Counted from the first letter of the stretch, positions 1-13,820 are shown. The stretch: DNA of 64,000 nt from Azolla caroliniana (GCA_043228905.1 JBHGNT010000013.1:16058001-16122000); one strand, 5' to 3'. Made by a program: numbers and translations. Notes: generated by a model not told the origin, from the letters alone.

Positions 1-3000
1 CTGTTCCGGTGGTGTCTTTGCCCATTCTCCCCTTCAAGTGTGGCATGTCGAGATGCTGAACACCAAGCATTTCGGTGAAGTGTTGCAACTTGTCCGATCC
101 GAGCGGTTTGGTGAAGATGTCGGCAACTTGCCGATCCGTATGAACATACTGAAGTTCGACTTCACCGCTCAGGACACGCTCACGCACGAAGTGGTAGTGC
201 ACTTCGATGTGCTTTGTGAGAGCATGGAATACGGGGTTCTTAGCGAGTTGCATGCTACTTATGTTGTTGCAGTAGATCAGGATCGGGTCCGCAGGTCTTG
301 CAGCAGTCGCCGAAGCCAAATGGCTTCACAGGTGGCAACAATAGTGCCCCGATATTCAGCCTCAGTGCTCGACAAAGCTACTGTTGGCTGCTTTTTGCTG
401 CTCCACGCAATAACCGCGCTACCAAGGGAAAACCTATAGCCGGAAGTGGAACGACGATCTGATGCATCGCCGGCCCAGTCGACATCCGTGTAGCCGACTA
501 GCTCTTCGGTCATACCTCGCCGGTATAACAGTCCCTGGTCCTTCATGCCGCTGCGGTCAGCTTCTGCATGAATTGACTAATCACACCGACCGGATAGCTG
601 ATGTCAGGTCGGGTGATGGTCAAATATATAAGGCTTCTGACAATTTGTCGGAACCGTTTCTCATCGCAGGCTGGTCCGGAGTTGGGACAGAGCTTCTATT
701 TCCAGTCCAAGGGTGTAGAAATAGGGCGGCATTCCGTCATGCCGAACTTGTACAACATATTCAACACATAGTGTGTTTGTGAGAGCAATATGCCGTCGGG
801 GGTTCGGATCACCTCGATCCCAAGGAAATAGTGAAGGTCCCCTAGGTCCTTCATCTCAAATGCGTTCGACAGGTGGGACTTGACTCGGCTGATTTCATCG
901 AGTCCGAGTTCGGTGATGACTAGATCATCAATATACAGCAAGATGCAAACCGGACTGTCCGGACCTTGCTGGATGAACAACGAAGAGTTGTACTTGGAGA
1001 CCGCAAACCCCAACTTATGCAACCGGTGTGTAATCTTTGCATTCCAAGCTTGGGGGCTTGCTTTAGGCCATAAAGTGTCTTCTTCAGCCGGCATATATTT
1101 GACTTCTTCATCTCCGACTGAAAACCGGGAGGTTGGGTCATAAAGACCTCTTCTTCTAGATTGCCTTGAAGAAATGCATTCTTCACGTCTATCTGGTGAA
1201 GATGCCACTCCCTTGCCGCAACAACCACCAACACCACACAAACCGTCTTCATCTTCGCTACCAGAGCGAAGGTCTTGTCGTAGTCGATTCTGTGGGTCTG
1301 CGCGTATCCCTTTGCCACTAACCGGGCCTTGTACTGGTTAACTGAACCGTCGACGTTGTACTTTACCTTGTACACCCACTTGCATCCGATCGGTTTACTG
1401 TGACGGGGAGGGTAAACCAGGTCCCATGTATCGTTGGCATCAAGTGCCCGCATCTCTTCCTCCATAGGGGCACGCCAATTTGCATCCCTTGCCGCTTCTG
1501 TGTAGCTCTCCGGCTCACGCACTTCCGCCACCTGGGTCATGTACGGATAGTGATGCGCCATGTACTCATGGTACCCGTACCGCTTAACAGGTTCCTTCTG
1601 GCGGGTTGACCGGCGTAACCTACCGTTACTCGGTTTGAGGCCTTTCTTGGCCGGTTCGGTCTTCGCTGCCGAAGAGCCGTCATTTTCCTTTCCGGAGTTG
1701 GATCCGCTCTGATCCTACTCATCATTACTGGTTTCATAATCCGACATCTTCTTCTTCCCCTTCTCTTTGCGCGTGAACCGTCTCCTCAGTTCCTTGCGCG
1801 GGGAGAGCACAACAGAGTCTACACTACTCGCCGGTTCCTCTTCTGACTGGTGGGATTGACCCAGTCTCTCGTTCGGCCCACTCAACCGAAACGATTCCGG
1901 ACTCTCTTCTTGAGTCCCGGATTCATCATCTTCTATCTAGACCGGTTCAGGCTCACTAGCCACATCCTCCATATCGGGGTCAGAAGTCGGAGCCAGTAAG
2001 GCATACCATGATGCCGTCTCATCAAACTCAATATCGCGGCTAACTCGGACCTGCTTCGTCCGGGGGTTATAACGCTTATACCCCTTTTGCTCATGTGATT
2101 AGCCGACGAAGATGCACTTCTCCGATTTTGCATCCAACTTCCTCCCCTTCTCATCCGGCACATGCACATATGCTATGATGCCAAAAATCCAAAGGTGTCT
2201 CAAATTCGGCTTGCACTCGAAATACAGCTCATGCGCGGACACCTTATCACCGATCCGGTTTTGGATGTAGAAGGCTGTCCGGACCGCCTTCTCCCAGTAG
2301 AAATGGGGCATGCTCTTCTCTTCCAGCATTGCCCTTGCTGAGTCGACAAGCGACCGGTTCTTCCTTTCGGGCACACCGTTTTGCTCCAGTGTGTATCTGC
2401 ACCTGAACTCTCTCTGAATTCCCGTTTGCTGCAGATAACTGTTGAATTGGCCGGAAAAATATTCTTTTCCGCCATCTGACCGCAGGCACTTGATCTTCCT
2501 CTCCGATTCCCATTCCACCATGCTTTGGAGGTTTCGGAAACAGTTGAAGACTTCGCTCTTCCGCTCAATGAGATAGATCCATGTGTGCCGGCTATAGTCG
2601 TCGACGGTTCCGGAAACAGTCGAAGACTTCTCTCTTCCGCTCAATGAGATAGATCCATGTGTTCCGGCTATAGTCGTCGATGAAGGAGACGAAGTATTGA
2701 CTCCCGCCAAGACTCACGTTCTGTGCCGGTCCCCATACATCCGAATGAATAAGGTCAAGCTTGTTACGGCGACGGTTTCGTTCGGTGGGGAATGGAAGCC
2801 GATGTTGCTTCCTGAGTTGGCAGGCTTCACATACTTGGGGCTTCCGGCCACTGAACTTCGGCAAACCAAAAATAACTTGTTTCGTTTTCAGGTCTTGAAG
2901 CCTTCGGTAATTGATGTGGCCGATCCGTTTGTGCCAGAGATCGATGTCTGATTCAATCTTCTATCCTTTGGTGAACAAAGCGGTGCCGATGTCATTGGTG

Positions 3001-3888
3001 TCGAGGATGAACATCCTCCCATCTCTACGCCCTTGCGCAATAATCTGGCCCTCCTCCTCGATGAAGCACCTGAGGTGCGTAAACCGCACCTACATTCCTT
3101 GCTCGACGATCTGTCTGACCGACACCAGGTTCTTTGTGATAGTCGGAACGTGTAATACATTCATCAGCTTCCCCCTCTGTCCGATGTGGCTCAAATGGAC
3201 TTCACCGATATGCACGATTGGGTGAGGAGTGTCGTCTCCGGTTTCGAAAACTCTCGGTTGTTCCGGTTTCTCCAGGAAGGAGAACCACTCTTTGTGGTTC
3301 GTCATGTGATTTGATGCACCGGAATCAACGTACCACACTTCCTTCGATTTGGAAGTCGTCTTCTTCATCGAATTTGCTTCGTGCTTCATCACCAAGGCTG
3401 GCCCCTTACCGGTCTTCCTGGTTCCGGATCCTTTCGATCCTTGCACGTAGTGCAAGCTTTGCCGGTTCTCCCGACCAGTTTTGCCGGATCCAGATCTATC
3501 CGAATCGGCACGGTTCTTCCAGCACTTGCTTTCTCTGTGGCCCTTTTGTCCATAGTACCAGCATTCCGTGGCGGACTTGTCTTGCCAGCCTCTGGCGCCA
3601 CCTTGACTCCCCTTGGTTGTGGAGGTCCCGAAATTGCTGTTGGCACGGTCTTTGTGCCATCGGTCTTGCCCTTGCTGGCCGCCTCCATTGCGTGCTGACC
3701 CGCCTCGTCCACCACGCCCACGGGGCTGATCCTCTTTCGTGTACAACATCCGGCTGTCGGTGGGTGCACTTGTTGACGCACCGGCGTGGTTCTCCTCTAC
3801 AAGGAGCATCGACTGTAAGTCGAAAAATGACGATGTATTCTCCCTCGTACATATTGTTGTCCGGAAAGCTCGGAACTTAGACGCCAGG
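1..3888 (-). mobile_element. Ty1/copia element A1, degenerate; gag end cut by the chromovirus, 3' end runs off the window
   Basis: Minus-strand fragments in copia order: gag zinc knuckle and protease WYVDSGASNHMT (3090-3809), integrase (2099-2864), RT ILLYIDDL (696-1561), RNase [10 protein letters not shown] (277-546). Many frameshifts and stops. Confidence 0.95.
2530..2680. repeat. 76-bp tandem duplication inside the A1 integrase
   Basis: GGTTTCGGAAACAG...TATAGTCGTCGA occurs at 2530 and again at 2606 with about 4 mismatches. Confidence 0.9.
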
Positions 3889-4243
3889 TGTCAAGATTTG
3901 AACTCTTGACATGACATAGTTATAATCTAGTATTATGAGTTAACCAAGATATCTAGTGCATAGTTATGTATGTAATTGATCCTTATTATTTTGCTATCAT
4001 CATGTGCATAGGGGCTCCCTTGTAGTATTTACACTTGGCACATGCATGCATACCTACATGCTCTATTGTAGATTCAAATGCGTGCAACAAGTATGCATGC
4101 CATGTAGTATAAATAGAGGAGATCACCTTGAAGGAATTCAAGGTGAACAACACCAGTTATGGAGTCTTTCCTTTAGTACTATCTTCTTTCTTGTCCATTT
4201 GGTTATCTTCTTCGCTTGTCTCTTGAGCTTATGATCTGTGACA
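3889..4243 (+). repeat. Chromovirus 5' LTR (355 bp)
   Basis: TG...CA ends, TATAAATA at 4108-4115, direct repeat of 19621-19973. Confidence 0.95.
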
Positions 4244-4245
4244 GT

Positions 4246-4256
4246 TTGTTCACCTT
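4246..4256 (+). promoter_or_regulatory. Self-priming primer-binding site (11 nt)
   Basis: TTGTTCACCTT is the exact reverse complement of AAGGTGAACAA at 4140-4150, 32 nt downstream of the TATA start. No TGG-type tRNA PBS is present. Confidence 0.8.
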
Positions 4257-4403
4257 CCCATCCTCATAGCTCTCGCTCTCATAAGCCATAGCTATGTTTG
4301 ACTCAACTATTGAGTTAGGCCAAATAATGGTAGCCTTACGACAGCTACAACTTGAAAATGAAGCTCTTCGAAATTCTTTACAAGAACTTCAAGTTGGTAC
4401 CTC

Positions 4404-7400
4404 TGTCGAATACAAGTGTATAATGGACGTATTCACACTATCCCTTTGTATAGCTCAAGTTTGGGCCATTTGTGTAATTAGCATAAATGGTAGTTGCCCT
4501 AAGTGTGTCACTATATAAAGTGACCTAGTAACCTTTTTGTAAGGTTGTTTTGTATTATTGTTTTCTATTGAATAGAAAGAGTCTTTTGTGCCTCCTCCTC
4601 TCTCTCTCTCTCTCTATCTCTGTGCACGATTGTGGAAACTGTCATACGCAGGTACTCAACTCGAATCGAATGCTACTTGATCTTCCGCATTGACGGCCTT
4701 GTCTTCAACATTTGGTATCAGAGCAAGGTTCCTCAACCCGCTGTCGGCCGTCGTCTCAGCCTGCACAGCATTCGGTTCTTCGCTTCATCACAGCCTGCAC
4801 AGTATTCGGCCTTTCGCTTCATCCTAGTCTGCAAAGCATCCGGCCTCTTGCATCATTCGAAGAAACAGAGAAGAAAGTAGGCAAACACAAGCTTGAATCT
4901 CGCTGCGTTAGATCATCACTCGGAGTAAGCCAGTCGGCTGTACTCTACTTCCCTGATCGTAACTGCTTGAGGTGGGCTTTCTGCACAACGACGACTTCAA
5001 GGACAACCCCAGTTCGTGTTTCATTCGATTGGACAATAATCGGAAGGACCAGTCGGTTCCATTGCTCTCACTGTTGCAGTCAACCGAAACCGAATCGGCT
5101 TGAAGTACTGTCGGATCGTTAAATCTAGGTTCAACTCGACTAAGACAGTTGTCGGTAGTCAATCCGAACCAAATCCCCGATTCTCCGTAATCAACATCAC
5201 TTGTGTCCAACTCCGGCTAGAACGACACTGAGTGGGCCAAATCGCTGCACTTCACCAAAGTTCGTAGCCGACTTAGGGCAGAGTCATGACATCAACATCC
5301 GGTTCGTCAGAAATGAGTCTACGAAAGTTCGATGGATCGAACTTCAACTTCTAGAAGGAGCAAATGCAGGACTATCTCATAGTCAAGGGGCAAATTGATC
5401 CCATCGAAAATGAAGAACCTCCATAAGGATACAAACCAATTGAGTGGCAGAAGCTGGACAGAATCGTCCGCGCCACGATTCGGATGCACCTATCGGAATC
5501 GGTATACTTTACGGTGCAATCGTGTACGACAGCATTCGAACTGTGGAAAACACTGTCGGACACCTACGAAAAGAAGGTCGCTGCAACGAAGATGTTTCTG
5601 ATCCGGCGCCTCTACAACTTGCGAATGAAAGAATCAGATTCGGTTCAAGCACATCTCAATGAGTACGAAAGCATAAGCTCCCAAATCTCATCTCAGGGGA
5701 CGGCAATCGAGGATGAACTCAGAGCAATGATACTCATGAGCAACCTTCCCTCATCATGGGAAACTTTCGTCACAACCGTGTGCAACGCGTCAACCACGGC
5801 TGTTAAATACTCCGAAGTCACGAGTGCAATCCTGACCGAAGCAGCTCGGAGAAAGTCTTTCGCCAAAGACTCAACAGACGACGCTTATGTAGTACAAGGT
5901 TCGACAGACCGATCGAACATACGAGGAAGAGATTCCTCACGGCAGCCGAACAATCAGCGAAGACGGAGCCAGTCACGGGATAATCGAATCTGCAACTATT
6001 GCAAGAAACCCGGACACATCAAAGCCGACTGCCGCACACTCAAGAACAAGAACGACAAGTCTCAGAAATCAGACAAAAAGAGTGGCCGACATGAGGAGAT
6101 CAATTACGTCAGCTCCTCAGCTGATGTGCTACCAAACGACCCGAATATACTATCAATCGAAAATCCAGTCGGATCAGAAGTTCTGCTCACGACTGAAGAA
6201 TCGAGCACATGGCTCTTAGATTCGGGCGCGTCATTTCACGTGACTCCTCATCGATCCCAATTTCGGCAATATACGATCCGTCACTCCGACTCAGTTCGAG
6301 TCGGCAACTCGCAACACTGTGACATCATTGGAATCGGCACAGTAGAGCTCAACCTTGCAGGTGGCTCTACACTTGTACTTCACAATGTCTGACATGTACC
6401 CGAGCTCTCAAGGCCATTGATCTCAGTCGGACAACTAGATGAAGACGGCATTCGTGCCGGTTTTTCTTCGGGAGGGTGGACACTCCACAGGGGGAACCTC
6501 CTGCTTGCTAGAGGACCCAAGATACACTCACTGTATCCGTTACATGTTACGCTCAGAGAGGGTAACCTGTTTTTGGTGGATATTCCTGTGTCATCACTAT
6601 GGCACAAAAGATTAGGACACCTCAGCAAGGCCGGCATTACGCACCTATCTAGAGCCGGATACATCCCTAAACTCTCCTTCTCGGACCATCAATTCTGCGA
6701 ACATTGCCAGTATGGCAAACAAGCAGCCGCATCACACCCGACATCAGCACCAAGAGAAACGAGACCTCTCGATTTAGTCCACTCGGACGTCTGTGGCCCA
6801 ATGCCGCATCAGTCTCTCGGCGGTGCCTCTTACTTCGTCAGTTTTATTGATGATTCGACTCGAAAGGTGTGGGCTTATCCAATTCGCACCAAAGATCGTG
6901 TCTTTTCGATCTTCTTCGATTGGCTCGCTATGGTAGAAAATCAAACTGACCGAAAACTGAAATGCTTTCGGACCGACAATGGGGGAGAGTTCAAATCAGA
7001 AGAATTCGTCAAATTCTGCCGACAACGCGGCATCCGACGTGAATTTACGGCACCACACAGTCCGGAGCAAAACGGGATTGCAGAACGCATGAATCGGACA
7101 ATCCAAGAACGGATAGTTTCCATGCTCCAACACTCCGGACTGTCGGATGGCTTCTGGGCAGAGGCTCTACTCACGGCAGTACACATAATCAATATGTCGC
7201 CAAGCAGACCTCTAGGACTTCAAATTCCTCAGGAACTATGGATCGGCAGTAAGCCGAATTACGACAAGCTGAGGATCTTCGGATGCGAGGCGTACGCCCT
7301 TATTCCGAAAGATGATCGCCGAAAACTTGCACCTCGGTCCAGGAAATGCATTTTCCTTGGATATGGATCAGACGGCGAAATGGGATACCGACTCTGGGAC

Positions 7401-9817
7401 CCCGAACGCAGACAAATCGTTCGAAGTTCGGACGTTGTGTTCAACGAGTCGGCTATGAATCCATCAGTCGAAACACCGATCGAAGTCCGAAGGGTAACAT
7501 TTTCCGATGTGCCGACCCTTCAAGAAGGCCCCGCTCTTAACACACGGTCAGCTTCACGGGTAGCTGAACCTTACACTACCGACTCGGACAACTCTGACTC
7601 GGCACAGCAGAATAATTCGCTTTCGGACCATCCGACCTCGATACCCGATACGACCAGTCCAATCATACCTCGACGATCCGAGAGACTGTCGCAACCTCCG
7701 GAGAGGTATTCTCCTGGAATTTTCTTCACCGACGCCGGCGAACCGACGTCTTACGAAGAAGCATCGACATCTGTCGATTCAGCCACCTGGCATCTGGCGA
7801 TGGAGTCGGAAATGCACTCCATTCGGGCAAACAAGACTTGGGATCTGGTCGAATTACCTAAGAATCGACGTGCTCTTCCTTGCAAGTGGGTTTATCGACT
7901 AAAAGAGACGTCTGATTCGACCACCCCAAAGTACAAGGCCAGACTAGTTGCGAAGGGCTTCCGACAAGAATATGGCGTCGACTTCGACGAGATTTTTTCA
8001 CCTGTGGTGAAAATGACAACCCTTCGTTTTCTACTCGGCGTAGTGGCAGCCGACAACTTGGAGCTGATTCAACTAGATGTCAAAACAGCCTTCCTCCATG
8101 GTGATCTTGAAGAGGAAATTTATATGGAGCAGCCAAAAGGCTTCGTGGCAACTGGCCAAGAACATCTAGTCTGCCGACTCAGGAAGAGTCTATACGGCCT
8201 CAAACAGGCACCGCGACAATGGTACAAGAAGTTCGACGACTTCATCCAATCGATCGGCTTCTCAAAAAGCGATGAGGACCATTGTGTTTTTACCAACACA
8301 GCTCAAGATGGATCACCCATCTTCCTCATCATTTACGTGGACGACATGCTAATTTTTGGACGCCACGCGGGCGAACTTGCCGATCTCATTCGGCAATTGC
8401 GGTTGAAGTTTGCCATGAAGGACCTCGGTTCGGCACGACACATACTTGGCATGAAGATTAGTCGGCATCGCGATAAACGACATCTTTTTTTGTCTCAGAC
8501 CGACTATATCTGACGTGTCTTGGAACGCTTCAACATGCAATCAGCCAAATCTGCTTCAACCCCGCTCCCCATGAATCTTCGGCTCTCTCAGCGAGACTGC
8601 CCGACATCCGGTCCGGAGGGGGAAGATATGAAGTCGGTACCGTATGCACCGGCAGTCGGCTCCCTTATGTACCTGATGGTCGCGACACGGCCTGATATTT
8701 CTCATGCCGTAGGAGTCGTTAGCAGATTTATGCACAATCCTGGCCGATCGCATTGGAACGCAGTCAAGCATGTGTTCAAATATCTGGCTGGCACAAAAGA
8801 CCACGGCATTCTTTTCGGTCCGAACTCAACCTCAGGCGTAGTCGGTTACACCGACTCGGACTTCGCCGGCTGTATAGACAGTCGGAAATCAACAACTGGA
8901 TACTGCTTCAAATTCGGCAATGGAGCAATTTCGTGGAAGTCGAAACTTCAGGAGTGCACAGCGACCTCAACGACCGAAGCAGAATATGTAGTTGCGTCCG
9001 ACGCTGCAAAAGAAGCTTTGTGGCTCGGCCGGCTGGCGCACACGTTTCGACAAGTCGACCATGACTCGGCCCCAGTTGTCTATAGCGACAGTCAAGGTGC
9101 TGTTGCCTTGTCGAAAAATCCGGTTCACCACAACGCCTCCAAACATATCGACGTTCGATATCACTTCGTTCGGGACTGCGTCATTTCAGGGAAAATCGGT
9201 CTAGAGAAAATATCCACAACCGACAATGTCGCAGATGGAATGACCAAGTGTCTTTCGGCAGACCGCTTTCGGTCCCTTCGGCATCAGATGGGCGTAACGA
9301 CAAACCAGTCCGGTTAGAGCCGGACACAGCGCAGGATGGTTTCAGACAACCGACATCAGTTCCTTAATGATCGGCTTCAACTCTTCCGACCCGACCAGTC
9401 CGGTCTTCTGCCTTCGGACACTGCCGACTCGAAAAAAACTGATATGTCCGAGAACCTAGGTTTATACCTGTAATCTTAGATAACCCATGTATACGCCCAT
9501 TACGGGGGAGTGTCGAATACAAGTGTATAATGGACGTATTCACACTATCCCTTTGTATAGCTCAAGTTTGGGCCATTTGTGTAATTACCATAAATGGTAG
9601 TTGCCCTAAGTGTGTCACTATATAAAGTGACCTAGTAACCTTTTTGTAAGGTTGTTTTGTATTATTGTTTTCTATTGAATAGAAAGAGTCTTTTGTGCCT
9701 CCTCCTCTCTCTCTCTCTCTCTATCTCTGTGCACGATCGTGGAAACTGTCATACGCAGGTACTCAACTCGAATCGAATGCTACTTGATCTTCCGCATTGA
9801 CGGCCTTGTCTTCAACA
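4404..9817 (+). mobile_element. Ty1/copia element B1 (Tnt1/Tork-like), full length, recently inserted
   Basis: 307-bp LTRs at 4404-4710 and 9511-9817 with about 2 differences. TSD ACCTC. PBS TGGTATCAGAGC at 4713-4724. PPT GGGGGAG before 9511. Confidence 0.97.
5286..9317 (+). pseudogene. B1 gag-pol with four in-frame stops
   Basis: Colinear with the intact B2 ORF. Stops near 5352, 5364, 6390 and 8511. Confidence 0.93.
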
Positions 9818-12800
9818 ACCTCCCTATCCTCACAACCCCCGAACCCTAGTCTCCCACAACAACCTAGCCTAGAGCCCGATCTTCTACCAACATCTAGCCT
9901 AGCTTCGTCACAGTTTCTTGAGCCTAAGGTTAGCCTCCCAGAAAAATTTGATGGAACGAGGTCGCATTTCCGAGGGTTCATCAACCAAGTTCGACTTATC
10001 ATTCGGCTACAACCTCAACGTTATGGAGATGGTCTTCGACAAGTCGGCCTTGTGGGCACCCTTCTCTCCGGTCCGGCCCAAGCTTCGTTTGCACCATTGG
10101 TAGAAACCTCGTCACCTCTATTGGAGGACTTTCCCGCCTTCCTCGTCGAGTTAGAGGCCACATTTGGAGAGACGGACCGACGACGTACAACTCTTAACAA
10201 GATTTATGCACTCGAACAAGGTTCGTGTGCAGCTTCGGTCTATGCTTCAGAATTTCGACAAATAGCATGTGACGTCAATTGGGATGATCAAGCTTTAGCT
10301 GATCTCTTTCGGCGCAGCCTTCGAAGCAATGTCAAGAATCTTCTCTTAAACTTTCCGGAGCCCACCTCGTTATCCCAAGCGATTTCACAAGCAGTCCATT
10401 GTGACAATCGTCTTTTCGAATTTCGCCAAGAAGAGCGCCGGACTTGGGTTCCACCTCATTCACTTCCACGCCACGCCCCGATCATACAACCCCAAGCATC
10501 TTCACACTCGCCTACTTTGGCAGATGCTCCTATCCCCATGGAAATTGATCAAGCCTGATTTCGGCCATTGACTGATGCTGAACGAAAATTTCGGCGGGCT
10601 AATGGCTTATGCATGTATTGTGGCGCCTCCGGTCATGTCGTTCACCATTGTCCTAGGAGTACTCGCCCACAATTCCATCGAGCTAATGGACCCCAACATC
10701 CAGAAAACGACATCGTTCGGTTGCAATAGGAGCCATGCAACTAGACATCTCCCGTCGCCCACATTCTCTTGGTTCCATTGCCGGACCATTAGGCAATTTC
10801 ACATTAGAGGTATGACTTTCGTTTAACTCTAGTTCCATTCAGTTTGTTGCTTTACTTGATTCTGGGGCATCTTCTTGCTTCATCGACATCGCTTTTGCCC
10901 AAGCACATGGTGTACCTGTCGTTGGCCTCTCAAAACCCATTCCAGTTGAAGCCATTGACGGGTGCGTCCTCTCATTAGGTGCAATTACTCAAGCTACAAT
11001 CCCATTAGGGCTTCGGGTGGGCTCACACCAGGAGGAGCTCGCCTTTTACCTCATCGCATCTCCTCGACATCCGATCGTCTTAGGACTAATGTGGTTGGAG
11101 GCGCACAATCCAATAGTGGATTGGTGCAACCGCTCGATCACATTTAGCAAGCCAAGATGCTCGTGCAAAAGTATGAAGGTAAATTCAATTTCCTATCCTT
11201 CAGAGACGGTCGACTCCGAATTGACTACCCCATCATTGGTCCAGGATGGGTTTGTTTGTGGCGCCATTTCTAACACACTCCATGTTATACCCGAAAAATA
11301 CCAACACTTGTTCGACATATTTGAAAAATGTACTGCTGATTGTTTGCTTGAACACCAGCTCTACGATTGTCCTATTGATCTTCAAGAAGGTGCGTGTCCA
11401 CCCTTTGGTCCTCTATATGCGTTGTCTGCGCCAGAGTTGAAGGCCCTTCGTGTGTATCTCGATGAGAACCTCGAGAAAGGATTTATTCAACCTTCTAAGT
11501 CACCAGCCGGGGCCCCCATTTTATTTGTGAAGAAGGACGGCTCTCTACGCTTATGCGTCGACTACCGAGGTCTCAACAAACTCACTGTGCGCAACCGCTA
11601 TCCGCTACCTCTGATCCCCGAACTCCTTGATTGGCTCCGAGTTGCGCGTGTCTTCTCCAAAGTTGATCTGCGTGGAGCGTACAATCTAGTACGCATCAAG
11701 CCGTGGGATGAATGGAAAACCGCATTTCGAACACGGTATGGGCATTTCGAATACAAGGTAATGCCTTTTGGTCTTACTAACGCTCCCGCAGTTTTTCAAC
11801 ATATGATGAACAATATATTCCGGGAATATCTTGATCTTTTTGTTGTCATTTACCTCGATGATATTCTCATTTTCTCGCAAAACATGGAGGAGCACACTCA
11901 CCAAGTCCGATTAGTTCTTGCCAAACTTTGCGAGCATGGCCTTTATGCCAAAGGCGAGAAATGCGAGTTCGACTATACCTCGATCGAATTTCTGGGCTAT
12001 ATCATCTCGCCTACTGGCATCACCATGGATATGAAGAAGGTCTCTGGCATTCAGACGTGGGCAACTCCAAGGCGACTTAAAGATGTGCAATCCTTCCTCG
12101 GCTTCATGAATTTTTACCGTCGCTTCATCAAGGGGTTTTCCACCCTAGCACAACCTCTTATCGCTCTCACCCATAAAGGCACTCCATGTTTATGGACCTC
12201 GGAGGTGCAAAATGCGTTCGACTCACTCAAACACGCATTCATCACTGCCCCGGTGCTGCTACATGCTGACCCCACAAAACCCTTCCAAGTCGAAACCGAT
12301 GCCTCTGACTTTGCCATTGGCGCCATCTTATCACAGGCAGACGACAACAACCTAATGCACCTAATGGCTTACTATTCCCGAAAATTTACGGCATCCGAAA
12401 TCAATTATCCCATTTACGACAAGGAGCTTGCTGCTATCATTGCTGCCTTTGAAGAATGGCGACCCTACTTGGCTGGCGCACAACATCGTGTCCAGGTAGT
12501 GACTGATCATAAAAATTTAGTTTATTTTTCCACCACTCGTACTTTGAATCAAAGGCAGGCCCGTTGGTCGACATTTCTCGCCGACTATGATTTTGAGATC
12601 GTATTTCGACCTGGTGGCCAACATGGGAAGGCTGATGCCCTTTCTTGCCGAGCTGACCTTGCACTCCGCCCTAGGGATGCTGCTTATGCTCAACAATCTA
12701 GACGTTTGTTGAAACCCGACCAATTGCATCTTTTTGCCACTTGTATGTTGCAGGATGATTCTTTACTCCAACAAATCACTGATGCATCCAAGACCGATGC

Positions 12801-13820
12801 GTTCGCCAACGAGGTTCGAGATAGTCTGCAAAACCCCTCCAAGGCGACCAAAAGGAAGGATCTTGACACCTTCACCATACAAGAGGGTTTGTTGTTCCGA
12901 GATCATCTCTTATACGTCCCAGAGGGCCCATGTTGCACCCGGGTGTTGCGGGAATGCCACGATGACCCACTTGCAGGTCATTTCGGGGTCGCGAAAACCC
13001 TCGAGCTAATCTCTCGGGGGTATTGGTGGCCACAACCATGGAAGTTGGTCAAAGAATACATAAAGAGTTGTGAGGTTTGTGCTCGCTCCAAAGCCATTCA
13101 TCATCGGCCAGACGACTTACTACAACCGCTTCCATGTCCTCATCGTCCTTGGGCCTCTATCTCTATGGACCTGATAACTGATCTACCCTTGGTCAATAGC
13201 TATGACTCGGTGTTGGTCGTTGTCGATCGGTTTACAAAGATGGCTCACTTCACTCCATGCTCCAAAACCATTTCCTGAGAAGGAATGGTGCATCTACTAC
13301 TCAACAATGTGGTACGCTTGCATGGACTCCCCGATGATGTCATCTCGGATCGCGGACCCCAGTTTGTCTCTCACTTCTGGCAGCGCCTGCTACAAACTTT
13401 AGGCATCTCTGTCAAGTTTTCCTCCGCTTATCACCCCCAAACTGACAGGCAAACGGAGCGTGTCAACCAAATCCTTGAGCAGTATCTTCGGTGCTCGGTT
13501 AGTTACCAACAAGATGATTGGGTCAACTTACTTTCGCTTGCGGAATTTGCCTACAATAATTCTCTCCATGCATCGATTGGCGTCACTCCCTTCTTTGACA
13601 ACTATGGTTTACATCCTCGCTTCAACATTTCCCTTCATACCACTTCCGTGAACCCTTCGGCAGAGGATCGCGCCCGCATTTTGGAAGAACTACATCATGA
13701 TTTATCCTTGGAGCTTAGTCTTGCTAGTGAACGATACAAGAAGCAGGCTGATCGCCATCGATCTTCCACTCCACACTTTGTCATTGGAGACATGGTTTGG
13801 TTGTTACGTCGACACATCTC

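Larger units (their letters stand above)
4294..10729 (+). pseudogene. gag: Chromovirus gag, split by B1 at 4404-9817
   Basis: MFDSTIELG... (4294-4403) continues at 9818 into PEKFDGTR...PMEID. One CGA>TGA stop at 10556, then zinc knuckle CMYCGASGHVVHHC and TAG at 10727-10729. Confidence 0.9.
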
